This document shows, in pieces, positions 24,413 through 57,200 of a DNA stretch of 64,000 nucleotides. This DNA comes from Lama glama (taxonomy: Eukaryota), in assembly GCA_028534125.1 (NCBI GenBank), contig CM052816.1, positions 74,154,001 through 74,218,000 of the forward strand, read 5' to 3'. The notes below the pieces were generated by a model. It was not told where the DNA came from and made no database searches. It saw only the letters and a program-made list of their open reading frames with translations. Position numbers and translations under genes: made by a program. The stretch's first letter is position 1, and each line of letters starts with the position of its first letter.

Positions 24413-27400
24413 GGGCTGTTGGTAAGCAGGATGTTGACCCCACTGGCCTGCAGGAGCAGCACAGTTACCACCAAGACTGTCAAGTCATCTACAAGCATAG
24501 ATGGAAGATGAGATGTTGGATCATGCAGTGACCTGAATGGTGTGGGGGGCAATGAAAAAGGCTCTGGGTTTAGCTAGCTTTTATTGACTGCTTTGGCAGC
24601 CTGGGGGAAAAAATGACAGGTTTAAGTCAGTCAACTGTCAGCTCTAGGCACACCCAAAGCTCGCGGGCCTTTGAGGCAAGCTAAGGAGAACCTTCTCTCC
24701 TGCAGCAGAGAGGAAACTACCTAAAACAGGCGCAGGATCTATTTGTAAGGTTGGCTGAGCTGCAAAGCAGATATGATACTCAGTCTTGACAATTTTCCTT
24801 TATCAAAGTCAGGGCCCCGATAGCCATAGTGGGACACTGCAGCCTGAAAAGGGTGGACAAGCCTGCGAACAGTGAACACTAGGCTTCCCCTAATGTGGGG
24901 CTGGCAGGGGCAGCTGGTACTTCCTTTCTCGAAGGGCCTGTCCAGCCAGGTGTCTGGTGAGGCGGATGCCTGAGGATGATGTTTGACCTCGAGTTCTTAC
25001 AATTCTCCAAACCAAGAACTGGCCGTGTCTCAACACCGCCTGAGCAGAGAAACACAACCTCTGTCAGGAGGAAATACTTAGACACTGAAGGAATGGCAGA
25101 ACCTAGCTACTCTGCTACTGTTGGGAACCAGGGGGAAAAGTGTGTGTGGGGATCTTGAGGGTGTTGAGCCAGGGATGGAGGTTGAGGAAAGAATATGAGG
25201 CAGGATAACGGAGAGTTTATTATCACAGAAGAATTCACCCATGACCCGGAGTGAGGGACACTGAAGCTGGTCCTAATATTACTGCTGGGATGGCTACTGA
25301 GGCCTGGACATGAGTATGGCATCCAAATAAGGTGGAGATGGTGGAACTGCTGTGCCACAGGATTAAGGAAAGGGTCAGAAAGTTCCACGAGGTGTGAGTG
25401 CTAGAACGGATTCATTATGTGAGCCTGAAGAACCACCCAAGTTCCCAGGAGGCCACTGCCTTCACTAAGGCAATAAAGATGGTGCTGGGGCTGGGGCACC
25501 AGCATAGAGACAAGCCCAGTGATGGCTGCCCATTGCAGGCAGGGGTTGACAGCAGGAGACACTGTCATGGAACTGGCCATGCTGTTATCAGTGGGGATAA
25601 TGGGATTCCAGAATGGCAGGGGCCATGTATTATTACTTGTCAGGGGCAAGGTGGATAGAATATAATGGACAGTAAGGCGGGACTGGGCATCAGGGTGCCT
25701 TGATCTTCAGGGCTTTGTGACAATGGCTAATAGATCACAAAGTTCTGAGTGACAGTTTGCTAGAGTATTATTTCACTTGTATAACCAAAAAGAGAAAGAA
25801 GAGAAGCAAGCTGATGAGCAGAAGGCTGGTGTAGCCTGTCACAATGAGAAAATTATGGTTCCAGACCTGAGTTAATTTACAGATTCAGTGCACAGTGAAG
25901 GGGGGAGGCCAGGACCTCTTGAAGAAAGGCCTTGTTGCCGCAAGTATATATGATATGCATACACCCAGAATGTTTAAGGGCTGTTGGATTAAAAAGTGTA
26001 AGCTGAAAAGGACACCTGGGAACCTTGAGTACCATTGCGGCCCTACGTGTAGGGAGGGGAGATGGGGGCCTATGGAAATCAGGTGATGGATGGAGTTCTG
26101 GCCAAAGTCTATCTCACAATAGGGGTTTCATCTTCGGGTCCTTTCTCTGGTCTCCAAGTACATCTTTGGAATAAATACATTTAGACCCTTGATATGTGGT
26201 GTAAGAGCCATTACAGGAGGAGGAGCCACATGGAAACCTTTGAAACTACCCTCTCATCAGCCATGTTAGTACATCATGAGCAATCACAGGAGGAAATGCA
26301 GCCGTCAGGGGCACCATTAGAGATTTTAGAGGACACAAAGGTAATGGGCCCCATCATAACTTCATTTAACTTATTCATCAGACTCCTCAAAAGAGCAGAT
26401 GGCTAATGGAGGAGGATGGTGGACTGCTGCTGATCTCAGTTGTAGCTGCCATGCTGGATGTGGTATCTACTCAAAGACTCTGGCATTGATACGCAGCTAT
26501 TGTTTTGGAAAATGCATTCTCATTTTTCATCAGCATGGAGGAGTAAAAGCAGTTCATGTTTTTTTCTGGGATGGAAAGAGATTCTCATTTACTCTATTGC
26601 CCCTAGGCAATGTTAAATCTGCTCTAGGTCACAAGATAGTCTAAAAGGACCTTCATCATCTTGCTATTCTGCAGAACATTATGCTGGTCTACCACACTGT
26701 GACAGCATGCCAGGTAGATTTGGCATCAGAAAGTGGCAAGTACTCCAGATGCCCTACCACAACTTACATGTGCCAGAGTGTGGCTGATAAAATCCATGGA
26801 GAATCAGGGGCATGGCCACATAGATGAAGTCTTTAGAGCCAATGACCTGGGGCACGCCTACATATTCCTTCTACAGTAAAGGACAGTTTGTTGCACCTTG
26901 TACCCCTTAGCACTGAGACAGAGGCACAGGGTTTAGTAGGCCTCTCTGGGTTTTGGGAGAATATATATTGTCCTTGGCATATTCCTCTAACCTATTTATC
27001 AGGCTGCTGATTTCAAGTGGATGACACAGAAAAAAAAGATCTACATCAGTTTCAGGCTTCAGTGCCAACAGTATTGCTACTCTGACTTATATACGTGACA
27101 CTTAGGAATACTGTGTGAAGTCTCTGGCACCCAGAGTTTACAGCACAGCCCTGCAGGGTTCTGGAGTGAGGCCATGCTTTCTGCACGTGACCGTGGGATC
27201 TACTCTTACTGTATACCTCAAAACCAGAAGCGGCCAGCGTAAGTCAAACAATGGAGTAGCTCAGCAAAGGCACCGCTCTGTGACAGTGCCCTGCAGGGCT
27301 GGGGTGATGGCCTCCAAGGTTCAGTACCCATGATTTCACAATGTGTCCCTTGCTGTTAAATACGCAGGGCTGGGAACCAATGGGCAAAAGTAGGGTTGAC

Positions 27401-27664
27401 TTTTCTCACCATCACAATCAGTGACCCACTTGAAGAATTTGTGCTTCTCTTTCCTACAACCTAGGCTTGGCTCGATGAAAGGTTTTGGTTCCTGGGAGAA
27501 GGGGAATGCTTTCACCAGGGGACTCCACAGGGGTCCAGTGAATTGGAATGTAGGCTGTCACATGGTCACTTTGGGATGCCCATGCCAGTTGACAAGCAGG
27601 CAAAGAAAGGAGCTCTTATAGTGGTGGGAATTCCTGACCCTGATTTTCATAAGGAGCTAAAGAG

Positions 27665-27666
<2 letters not shown>

Positions 27667-27726
<60 letters not shown>
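27667..27726. repeat. (GT)30 microsatellite
   Basis: Perfect dinucleotide run of 60 nt. Confidence 0.97.
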
Positions 27727-27728
<2 letters not shown>

Positions 27729-27955
27729 AACCCAAGTGTTACTTTGGGGCCTTATAATAATAGTGAAGAGGCAATTGCAGCAACCATGGCCCAACAGAGC
27801 AAGGCACCTAAGGGTTCAGATCCTTTGGTGAGAAAGGTCTGGGTCATAGCACCCAATCTAGACCAGCTGAAACTCTGGCCAAAGGTGAGGGTGATGGAGG
27901 AAGGAGGTAGGAGTCAATTATAGCCTCGGGACCAGCTGCAGTAATGACTGTAGCT

Positions 27956-28143
27956 CAGTGGTTTTCAAAGCATGGTCCCTTGTTTAGCAGTATCACCACC
28001 ACCTGGGAACCTATTAGAGATGCAAATGCTTGGGCTCCACCTCAGAGGCACTGACTCAAAAACTCTGGGGATGGGGACTCACGGTCTAGTTTAACATGAC
28101 CCCCAGGTAATTCTGATGCCCTGGAACTGGAGAACCGCCACTG
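27956..28143. mobile_element. MER5A-like hAT-Charlie MITE
   Basis: CAGTG...CACTG termini; internal 'cacctgggaacctattagagatgcaaat...ccccaggtaattctgatgc'. Confidence 0.75.
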
Positions 28144-28972
28144 TGCCTTGTTCTGCTAATCTTACTGCATTAAGTCCTCCCAGTCCTCACGCCTTGAAAG
28201 AGACTGACTGCAGTGGATTGGATTTAACAGAGGAAGGCTCTGAGGAGAGCAGGACTGGGCTGTGTTAGACAGCGGCTGTGCACTGCCTCACATCCTTTCA
28301 GCCACACTTCTTCCTCCAGCCACCGATGCAGCGACCATCTCCATGCAAGTTTGGAAGCTTCATGCAGGTCCTCCTTGAACCACATCTTGTCCCAGAGCTA
28401 AGGTATGTACCTCTTACTTCCCACCCCAGGGCTCTCCCTGTTTCTCTCCCCTGCTCCTTCCCCTTGCTCTCTGGGGTCACTTCCCAAATAAACTGCTTTA
28501 CCTGCTGCCTTTGTCTTAGGCTCTGTTGGGGAGGAACCCAATCTAAAGCCACTTGCTGCTTAGAATACTCTTGGCTGGCTTTTCAAGAGTCACTCCTGCT
28601 TCTTACTCAGATCTCAGATTGTCATCTACTCATACTGGCCTAAGATCTAGTGCAAAGTAGCAAGTCTCTGATGTCAGATCACTGTATTTGAATTATCTGC
28701 ATAGCATCTATCACAGATATTCAAAAAAAATTTTTTGTTAGTGTTTTTGTTTAGTGCTAGAATATCCTGCACGAGAGGAAGGACCTGACTTTTTTTTTTT
28801 TTTTTTTGGTAGCAGCTTAAACAGTGTCTTCTGGCACACAGGCACTGAATAAATATTTCTCAATCAAATGAATGAATACTAGTTTGAGAACAAGACAAGA
28901 TTGCCAATCAAGCCAGAATCTGAGCTAATAGACATTTTTTGTGTGGGGGAAAATGCATATCTTAAATTTAAA

Positions 28973-28978
28973 TTTATT
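28973..28978 (-). terminator. NIM1K: NIM1K polyA signal
   Basis: AATAAA on minus strand (plus TTTATT) ~95 nt after the stop codon. Confidence 0.65.
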
Positions 28979-29073
28979 TAAAAATTACAAAAATGTCTTC
29001 ACTCAAGTAGTCAGTGAAAAAATTTAAAAGCAGCAACAATGATCTTGGTTAATTACCAGCAGTCTGATGCAAT

Positions 29074-48032
<18,959 letters not shown>

Positions 48033-48758
48033 CGTCCACCGCAGGCTCACGTCTCCATCTCAGCAAAGAGGCACGACTAGGGCAGGCTGGGGAGGCGAGG
48101 AAGCGGCCAGGTCGGTGGGAGATGGGGACTAGGGGCTGCCACAGCCCTGCGTCCTTGAGAGCCAGGCAAAGACTCTTGGATGAGCAAAGTTCTTTCTGGG
48201 CTTCAATCAGGGGAGGGCAGAGGCAAATGCCAGCACAGCCTACCCAGCCAAGCCCAAAGCGGCCTGCCTCCCTCGAGACATTTCATACCTCCTTTCACAT
48301 TGACCCTCCCAGCTCTGACTGTACAATCAGGCACACATCCAGGTACCATAGCCACTTCCCTGATCAGGCTCCATGAACTTTCTGGCCGGCAGTGCTGATG
48401 CTCTGTGGTAGGTAGGCTGCGTCCCAGGACAAAGGCTCCAGTTTGCTATTTCCTTTGATGGCCAGAGAATCTTCCGCCTTGGTGTGTAAAAGCCCCGTGG
48501 AGGCCCCCAGGTCCCTGCTGGGGGCGCTTATCTGTGACCGGATTCATTTTGCACCTCTCTTGCTGTCAAGTCGCAGAGCCCTGGAGACCGGATAATCTGG
48601 ACCCCAGGAAAGAAGAAACTTGCAAATCAGCCTTCTGGTCACACGGGCAGCCAGAGACGGATTAAATCCCCGCAATGCCACGTTAGCCGGCCTTTATTTA
48701 GATGAGCCTTCCTCTAAGCCGTGAGCTGTCTCAAAAATTTGGTGGGTGCTGATTCATC
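48033..48758 (-). other. NIM1K: NIM1K long 5'UTR part of first coding exon (726 nt)
   Basis: Strong acceptor ttttcttattctctgttcttAG|GATG at 48760/48758; implies an upstream exon 1, not identified in the window. Confidence 0.7.
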
Positions 48759-50189
48759 CTAAGAACAGAGAATAAGAAAATGTATTACCCCCTGCTAATG
48801 TACTGTATGGGATTTATAAAGAATGCGAAGACACTTTGTAAGCATCAATCTAAAAGGATTCTATAATACTAGAAACTAGCAGCTAGCTAAGTGTAACAAA
48901 TAAATATGATCAGACATTTAAAAAAAGCACTCTATAAATTTCAGTTATGACTCATCTCAGTAGGAAATACTTGAATACGTATGATTTAGTAAGAAGAAAA
49001 TATGCATACACATGCCTCGGTCTACATTTCAGAAAAGCCCTCACAGCCTGTAAATATTTCTAGCAAAATAACTTTTCTATTTCCGTTTCTAGCAAAACAA
49101 TTTTTCTCTTCCTTGATGTTTAGGAAAATATGCATGTTGCCTTGGCTTGATTTAAAGCCAGACTTTTAAAATAATGAGACAACAGTAACGATGATGCAGA
49201 CTTCCTATTAATACCAGTTTTCAAAAGTTCTTGCACTGGTTCAAATGACAGTGTGTTATATTTCCTTTACACAGTACGTTCTCTTATGCTGCACACATTG
49301 CTCCCACTCTTCCTTTCTGTGTCATTCTATGACACAAGCTAAGTTTTCTCCTAGGTTATGTGCTAGGTATTTCTGATCAGGTGTCAGCCTCCGGGCCCAG
49401 CAGCTCATTTTGAAGGTTCAGAAACAAGATAGTGTTACTGGAGGGCAAAAGTCTATGGCATCCTCAGTGATAAGAAATACTGCCCAGCTAGAATATCTGC
49501 ATGACTTTCTTTCCTGCAGCCTCCAGTAAGATGTCTGCCCTTCCTCTCTGGAGTCCTACCACACTTGGTACAATTTCCAAAATGTCTCCTTTCTGTGAAG
49601 GTAGGAACTGGGTTCCATTCATCTGTATGTCCCTTCCCTTCCTCTCTCCCTCAGCACAGAGCATGACATCCTACCCAAAGAAAGTGTTTGTTAAATGTGT
49701 GTGAAACTTGATTTTTGGACTTGAGCATTCTGAACTGAAAACCTGAGTGAAAGCGTGAGAGACTGCCTTGGAAGTGGGAATTGATGACATCACAGTAATA
49801 CAGCTAGGTACAGGATTGCTTATATTGTCACTGCAGTTAAGCATGGGGTTGATGAAAAAAGAGAAATCAGGACAGGAAAGAGGAGGCTGTTGCCCTGCTC
49901 TGTTCCTACTTCTGCTGGAGGAAGGATGAAGGACAGAGAAATTCGACCCAGAGAGAGGGATCAGACACAATTGCCAAGGGTGGTCAGGCTCTATTCTGGA
50001 TTATATACCCTACACATACAAATTAAATTTCCTACACAGTGGCCTTGAACCACTTGTCTTGACTTAATGGCTAGAGAGATGGTTTAATCTTCTGCGTAGA
50101 TCAGATAATAGAGTTTTTACAGTTTTGCAAATGGTGCTGTGGGTTTGTATTAGAGTGAATTGCAACTTGCTGGGAGAGCTAGCAAGCCA

Positions 50190-51270
50190 ATTGGTAAAAA
50201 AAAAAAAAAATTGAACCTGTATCTCACTCACACACAAAATAAATTCCAAATAGATGATTTGACCTAAGTAAATGTAAAATAAATAAAACCATAAAACAGT
50301 AGAAAAAGATCAGAAATGTTTTAATGATCTCAGAAAAGGCCATAAAATAAAACATTAAATCTGACAAGGTAAAATTATAAATTTCAGTTTGCCAAAAAAG
50401 CATCAGAAACAAATAAAACAAAGTAAATGATAAACTGGCAGAGAAAACTTTCCAACACATGTGAGAGACAAAGACTTAATTTTCTAAATACAGAAGGAAT
50501 TTTCACACATTAATAAGAAAAATACCCATATCCCAAAAGAAATGATAAAGAACATGAGCAGACATTTCACAGAAAATGCAATGGTTTTATACCGTATGAA
50601 GAGATGCTCAATCTCACAACCAAAGAAACACACACAAAAATTACAATGAAATTAGATTTTTTACAAATTAAAGTTAGACAATACAAAAACTTGATAATGC
50701 ACTGGTTAGAGAGGAAACAGTAACTTTGATTTATTGTTACTGAGGATATAAATTGGAACAACTGTTTGCAAGTCAATTTGGCCATAGCTATTAAAGTACA
50801 AATATACATATGTATCATTTGCCTCAGCTATTTCACTTCTAAAATTTATCCTATACACACATTCACCAAGGTATACATGGTTCTAATATAAAGACGGATA
50901 GATAGTCACTGCTGCATTGTTTTGTAGAAAAAACCAGACACTGTTTAAATGCCCATCAGGAGGGACCAGTTAAATAAATGACAATACATACATACACATA
51001 TATAATGGATTATTATGTACTTGTGGAGAAGAATGAGTTATAATATCCAAGATATACTGTTAAGAGGTCAGAAGAGTACACATAATGTGATATCAGAAGT
51101 ATGAGAGAGAAGAAGGTATATCTGAGAAAATAGTTACTGCATCTGGGGAGGGGAATAGTTGGACTGGGAAATGGAATGAGAGGAAGGAGTGTACTTTTCG
51201 CTATTTACTCTTTTATATGATTTACATTTTTCCCCCATATGCATGTATCTACCTTTAAAAAAGAAAATTT
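50190..51270 (+). mobile_element. Old L1 (L1M) ORF2 end/3'UTR remnant
   Basis: 'cacacaaaataaattccaaatagat', 'agacatttcacagaa', 'aagagatgctcaatctcac', 'aaatgcccatcagg'. Confidence 0.7.
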
Positions 51271-54200
51271 AAGACACGTAATGTGCTGCCGTCTTTTACA
51301 ATTGGCGTACAAGAAGTTAGCTTTACTTTTGGTTATACAGGGAAATTACCACAATTCTCTAATACTAGTAGACTGCTTTTTAAAAAAACCAAAAGATAAC
51401 TAGGGACTTCTAGTTAAATACAGAATGTTATGATTTCATTGAACTTTACTTCCTTCCAAAACCCCACAGTAGGAATTAGGAGGGAATGAAGGCATAAACC
51501 CGAAGGGAGGAAATCGCAGCAGATGCAAGATGTCAATACATTTTGGGGAGATGGAGAGCAAACTGAACAATTCAGCAGAGATGGTGAAGAAAACTGCAAC
51601 CTAAATTCCCACATAAAGACACGCCAGTGAGGTGCACCTTTCTGAACACTTAAAAGACTTCAAACTCTATGAGACACACTACCTCAAAATTTGGAGAATT
51701 GAAGCAGACCAAAAACATGGGGATTATTTGAATGTGGGGCAGTGAGAGCCCCAGCCCCTTCCCCCCTCAAAGCCAGGTGGTTACTCTCTCTGCTCACGCC
51801 CAGCCCAGCTCAGGAGCACAGGGCACAGGACAGTCCACTAGCTCAGACTCTGGGCTGTGGGATCCCTCACATTCCCTTCTTCCTGCACCTCTGCACTCTG
51901 AGTTTCCAGAATCAAGGGGAACAAGTGTACAGTCTTCCAGGCAGGGGATTCCTCTTTTGGTTAAAGAGAAAAAAACCTTCTGAAATCAATATCTGGAGGT
52001 TCTCCAATAGAAAGCCTCCTGACCACCTACCATGCAGTCCTCCGGTGGCTGGTTTCACCTGCAGACAAGAAGCTCCAGTCAGATTTTAATAACTTCTGCT
52101 TAGAATGAACGTCCAGTCAAGAAGCATCAGACACCTGAAGAAAGGCTCCAAAATGAAGGAACAAAATCACACCCAATCAAAGCAGTAACGACAGAAAGGA
52201 ACTTGAAGGAAACAGAGAGCAATGCAGGAAGCAGAAGACAAAAGCTAAAATATTTTATCCAGAAAACTAAAACACAATGTTAAAAACAAAATGAAACAAA
52301 ACAAAACCCCTCAGAGAATAAGAAAGAGCTCTCTTAGAAACTGAAATTAAGGAATTCAATTAAAGAGTTGTAAAGGAAAAAAATCAAGAAGAGTTGAGCA
52401 ACAGAGAAAAAGAGACAAGAAAAGCGGATATTCAGTTCAGAGAGTCCAACATCTAATTACTAGAGTTCCCAGAATCACACTATTGTGCTCCCAATGAAGT
52501 AAGACATACAGCTTTTATTGTACTTGAATTGCCAACAAATCTCAGAAGTTTCAAGATTAGTAATAAATGAGAAAAAACTCCGATTCTCATATATTCCAAT
52601 AGAATTAAAAAAAAGTAGAAGAAAAAAATCCAACTGGAAAGATAAATCCTGTTTGAGTGTGAATACTCATTTTTATTTTGCAGGATTTTTTTCCCCTAAA
52701 GACAAATTGTCTTAGATGTCTGGAAACAGAAATCCTGATTACAGGTTGTGGGATTGCTATAAATAGTTTATATTTTGACTGTTTTCCAGTAGTGTCCTAA
52801 AAAATCAAGCTATACCATGTTGAAAATAAGCCTATAACAGAAGTTATGACATACCTAATTGCAGGTGATATCCTCCCTTTTCTTAGACACAAGCATGGTT
52901 TGTTGTTTTACTCTCTGCCCTTTTGATTTTGACCGATTTTTATGGACATTAAAGAGAGCTTAGAAACCCAACCAGCCAAAAATAGTTGCATCACTGTAGA
53001 TCAAAACCTCTAGAGGAGGAGGAATAGTCCTTAATTATTAGCTTACTGTGGCTGCATAGCAATGCATTAAATAAGATTAAAGGAAACAGAGCCTACTTGG
53101 TAATTTACTTTCTTGACTTGCAACCCACTGTGAAAATAATATCAAAGAAAACCATTTCGTCTTTTTTCTCTTTGTCTGAGTTTAAGTTACAAAACCTCTG
53201 GGCAAGGCTCTTAGACAACCTCTTTCTCAGCTGGCAAGATGAGCGGCTGGTTTCCTTAGAAAAATAGCTGGGTTTTCTCCATGTGTGGCAACACAATGCA
53301 AGCACAGCCAAAGCCCATGTAATCCATCTTAGACGTGGTGCACCCTCAGAGGAAATCACTAGCAAACAAGCTTCATTTGAAAATCTATTTTTAACACTTA
53401 AAAATTATTTGCACCTTATTAGTTTTTGGCCTTAGCTCTTTATTCAATACACAAGATCCCCATGGGAGGGGAGTGGGGAGTGGTGGCAATTGGGAAATTT
53501 TGAAGCAAATGGAAAATTTATGTGAACTGGTTCCTCCCTTGCGCTGAACAGCAGTGTGGCTCCTTGACACTCCCTCTCACCCGGCTTGATCGCATAGTAC
53601 TTTCCCAGCCATTAGGCCCAGGGCTCCCGCATTCCACCTGCATTCACCATCCATGGTCAGTCCACCCAGGCTGCCGGGCTTACATCAGGTCTTCCCACGC
53701 TGAGCTCTACTATGCTTGAGGTCCTGTTGACTGTCAAGGTCACGGACTCAAATGCCCAGGAGGGACAGGCAGGTGTTCAGTGGGGCTGAGTGCAGCCCCC
53801 ACGCCCAGCATAAGGAGGCAACCCAGGCTCAGCGTCAGCCAGGACAGCCATGGTGGAATGCAGGCGTACTTTGGCCAAGGCTTTTAATTCTTTAAAAGCA
53901 ACTGGAAGTCAATGAATGTTTGGTCAACTCTCTCAATTTTTAAATATTTTAAAATTAAATATTTTAAAGACACAATGTGGCCAAGTGAAACTGAACTATC
54001 AGGCCAGATTTGGCCATCAGGTTGCTCATTTGCAGATTCTTCTCTAAGTTTTTTGGACATCATCAGGAAAAAAAAAAAAAAGGAGAGGGCAGTTCATAAA
54101 TTCACTGTCAAATACACCTGGGAATGGTGCATATTACACCCTTCTTAGATATTTTCATTACTACCTTACGATCTTGTGGTATTTAAAACACACACAAACA

Positions 54201-57200
54201 AATAAAATCTGGTTTTTGTTTGTTTGTTGATAATTCAATATTCTCTAAGTTTATTTGACCATCTAATTCATTCCTACAGAATACCTTTCTCTCATTGGGA
54301 TTTTCTTAAAACTCTGACTTCTGAGTTAGACAAAGCTATAAAATACTCAGTTAACTGTCAAATATCTGTAAAAATGTGCATCCCAAGGGAAAGATTACGA
54401 TAACAATTCAGTGTAGAATGAAACAGAAAACAGATCAGTTGAGTTAACCCACAAATGCAGCCAAATGAGTGGAATCACCCACCTCTGTGAGGTCTAGGAT
54501 GACACAATTTCTTAGTGATTGAGTATCTTTTAACCTTGGGAAGATTAGCGGTAAAAACAGAAATGTTTGAGACTCAAATCCCAAAGTGTTAATATTTTTG
54601 TTTTCATGAACCGGTACGGAACTTGTGTTTTATATTCTTGTAATGTGAAGAAAATCTGGCATAATAAAGTAACAAAATAGTTATGTGATTCTAATTTAAA
54701 ATGAAGAATTGAATAATTGATTAAGACTGGTGGTTTTAAGTTGAAATTTTATTGTTTGTAAACAGCACTGGAACATATTTAAGAGAACTTAAGGTTTACC
54801 CTGTTCATTTGCTTATCATTATATTTGTAAGAATTATTTTAAAAAGAATTACTAGTATTTTGGAAGTTTTTTGTTAATCAAATAAAGTACTTTAAAAAGG
54901 AAATGAAATAGATTAAATTATAAATGCAGCTTAAAATTCTTAAAAAGGTTTAATTAAGTTTTAAATAGCACAAACATTAATCTTTAAAAATGATTGTTAG
55001 ATAGACCAACATGTCTGGAATTTGTTTCAAAATAATGAGAAGTGGAGAAAATGATTGGAATTTAAGTGAAACAAGATTGGCCCATGAACTGATCATTTTT
55101 GAAGCTGAATGATGAGCACATGGAGGTTTATAACGTTCTTTGTGACTTTTTTTTATCTGTATTAAATTTTTCTATAATGCAATTTAAAAAAACTGTTAAA
55201 ATTTACTAGATTAAAAAATGTCGTATTTGTAATTTAAAAATGCTAAGTATTTTACAACAAGCGATAATGCCTGGTGAATGGATGAATGAGTCCCAATCCT
55301 ACAAGGTGAGGGACTGTCATTTCCTTTTTACAGATTAAAATGAAAAACAAAACCTAGGCTGACTGAAATTAAGAAAGTTGCCCTTGATATCTTGACTATT
55401 AGCTCCATGAGCATGGAGACTTTAAGTTAACCTTACAACATGTGAAACCAGGAATTTCAAACACATGAGGAAGAGAATGAGATCATGTTCTAGTAGAGAC
55501 ATGGCAGAAACTCAGGCCCCATAAAGATCTGAATTTCAGTTGTAATTCATTTCCAAAACACAATTCTTCCCAGCTTCTCTGAGGGAACATGTCCGCCTCC
55601 AAACAAATAAGGAATGGCACTAAGATACAGAATGAAATTATGGATTGAATCACAAGCAGGTAGCCCTGAGCAGAAAAACAAAATGTATCCTTCATCTCTT
55701 CAGAAGTAACTTATTTGAGAAGGAACACTCATGCCTATTTGCAGCTCGTGGTTTATTTTTAGAGGATTAAGAACGTTTGCAAGTCAAAGCAGAAACTGCT
55801 CTTTTGCTGCCTTATAACTTTCCTCAACTCTAATGTAGTGTGTTCACTAAGAAACAGGAAAAGTGCTTGAGTGATGGCCAGAAGGGATGTCAGAAAAGAT
55901 GTCCTTTCTACTTGAGCAGAACGCAAGAAAGTCATCCATGGTAGGCGGCCGGAGGGCTATGGTCATGGAGGCGGACACAGAACAAAAGCTCTTACTTTCA
56001 CCATCGTTAAAAATTCAAGTGGATTTGAAACCTCAGTGGAAGTAAGTGGGGGGTGGTAGTGTCAGGGGACAAGAGAGAGGTTACTAAATATAAAAAGTGA
56101 GCAAGTGTCAGGGTGCGATAGTGATTTGAATGAACAGAATAGAGAATTTTTAAACATCTTTACAGATATGGAAATATAACATGTAATAGAGATGGCATTT
56201 CAAACTACTGGCATAAGAGAAATGATTCAATATATGTTGCTTTCAGGGACTGAACCAAGAGGCGGCTTGTGTAGGCTTTAGTTCTCCCATCACCCAGTTC
56301 TCCAGCAGATTCACCCATACTTTGATATGGATTAGTCATATTTTCTTGAATGTAAAGGGCCATGTAAACACAGAGGCGCACACCTTTTCCAGTCATATTA
56401 CTACCCCAAGACCCAGCTGTATAGAAATTCTGGAGTCACTATTAGGTGTTGGGACAGACCACACACACAAGTACATTTGTATATTCACAGAAAAAGTCTG
56501 GAAGAATATATTTTGAATTAATGCATGACAACTGGTGGGGGGGGATAGGAGGGTGGGTGGGACAGAATTGGCAAGTGGGAGTCTTGGACCCCATGACATC
56601 TATGGATCATTCCAGCCCTGACCTGAGCTTTGGGTTTTAATAATAGAAGATGAAATCCAAAACATTTGTGAAAAAATGAAATAAAACCTTACTGAAGTCC
56701 AAGTGTCACATTGCCCCCTTCTGGACCTCTATAATATTCACATGAATGAGCAGATTGAAAACCCATAGACCTGCATGGATGTGCTAAAATATGATAGTCC
56801 AATTCCTTTTCCCCTTCACAAACAATTTAGAAGGCCAGATTTGAAGGTCTTCAAATAGAAGTATTAGAAGTTAGCCCAGTAAAGGAAACAGGGCAAAGGT
56901 GTTGACATAGGGGTGGGGCTGGACTCGAGAGAGTCAGACACAAAGTTTTATCCTTATCCACTTCTCCAGTATTACAACCCCTATCAGCTGTCCTTTATCA
57001 AGTGTCTACTATGTGCTAGGAACCAAATTTTCTAATCCTTCTGACAACTCTTCCAGCCAGGCTTGGAATATCTGTGTCCTAAGTGGCTCCTGCTTATTCC
57101 CACAATTTTGCCCTTTTTCCTAAGTTTTCCCTAGCCTGTGAAGATGGCTCCTCCCCCATTTCCTTCTTTGATTACTCCTGACTACAGTGGAACTATCCTA

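Larger units (their letters stand above)
23330..28550 (+). mobile_element. Decayed ERVL provirus (LTR16/ERV3-16A3-like)
   Basis: LTR-like end at ...ctaataca (23823) followed by 'attggtacctagaatagccc'; RT relics ~26340-27000 (PIITSFN..LKRADG*WR..VD, degenerate LVHYIDD-like and VGL.GFW); 3' LTR ~28260-28550 with AATAAA 28487-28492; many stops and frameshifts. Confidence 0.72.

Noticed and set aside
27543..27923. 126-aa ORF with VCVCVC run
   Set aside because: Translation of (GT)30 within ERVL debris.
48033..48050. NIM1K N-terminal extension MSLRWT from the ORF track
   Set aside because: Begins at GTG; the recognised protein starts at ATG 48032 (MTAVY).
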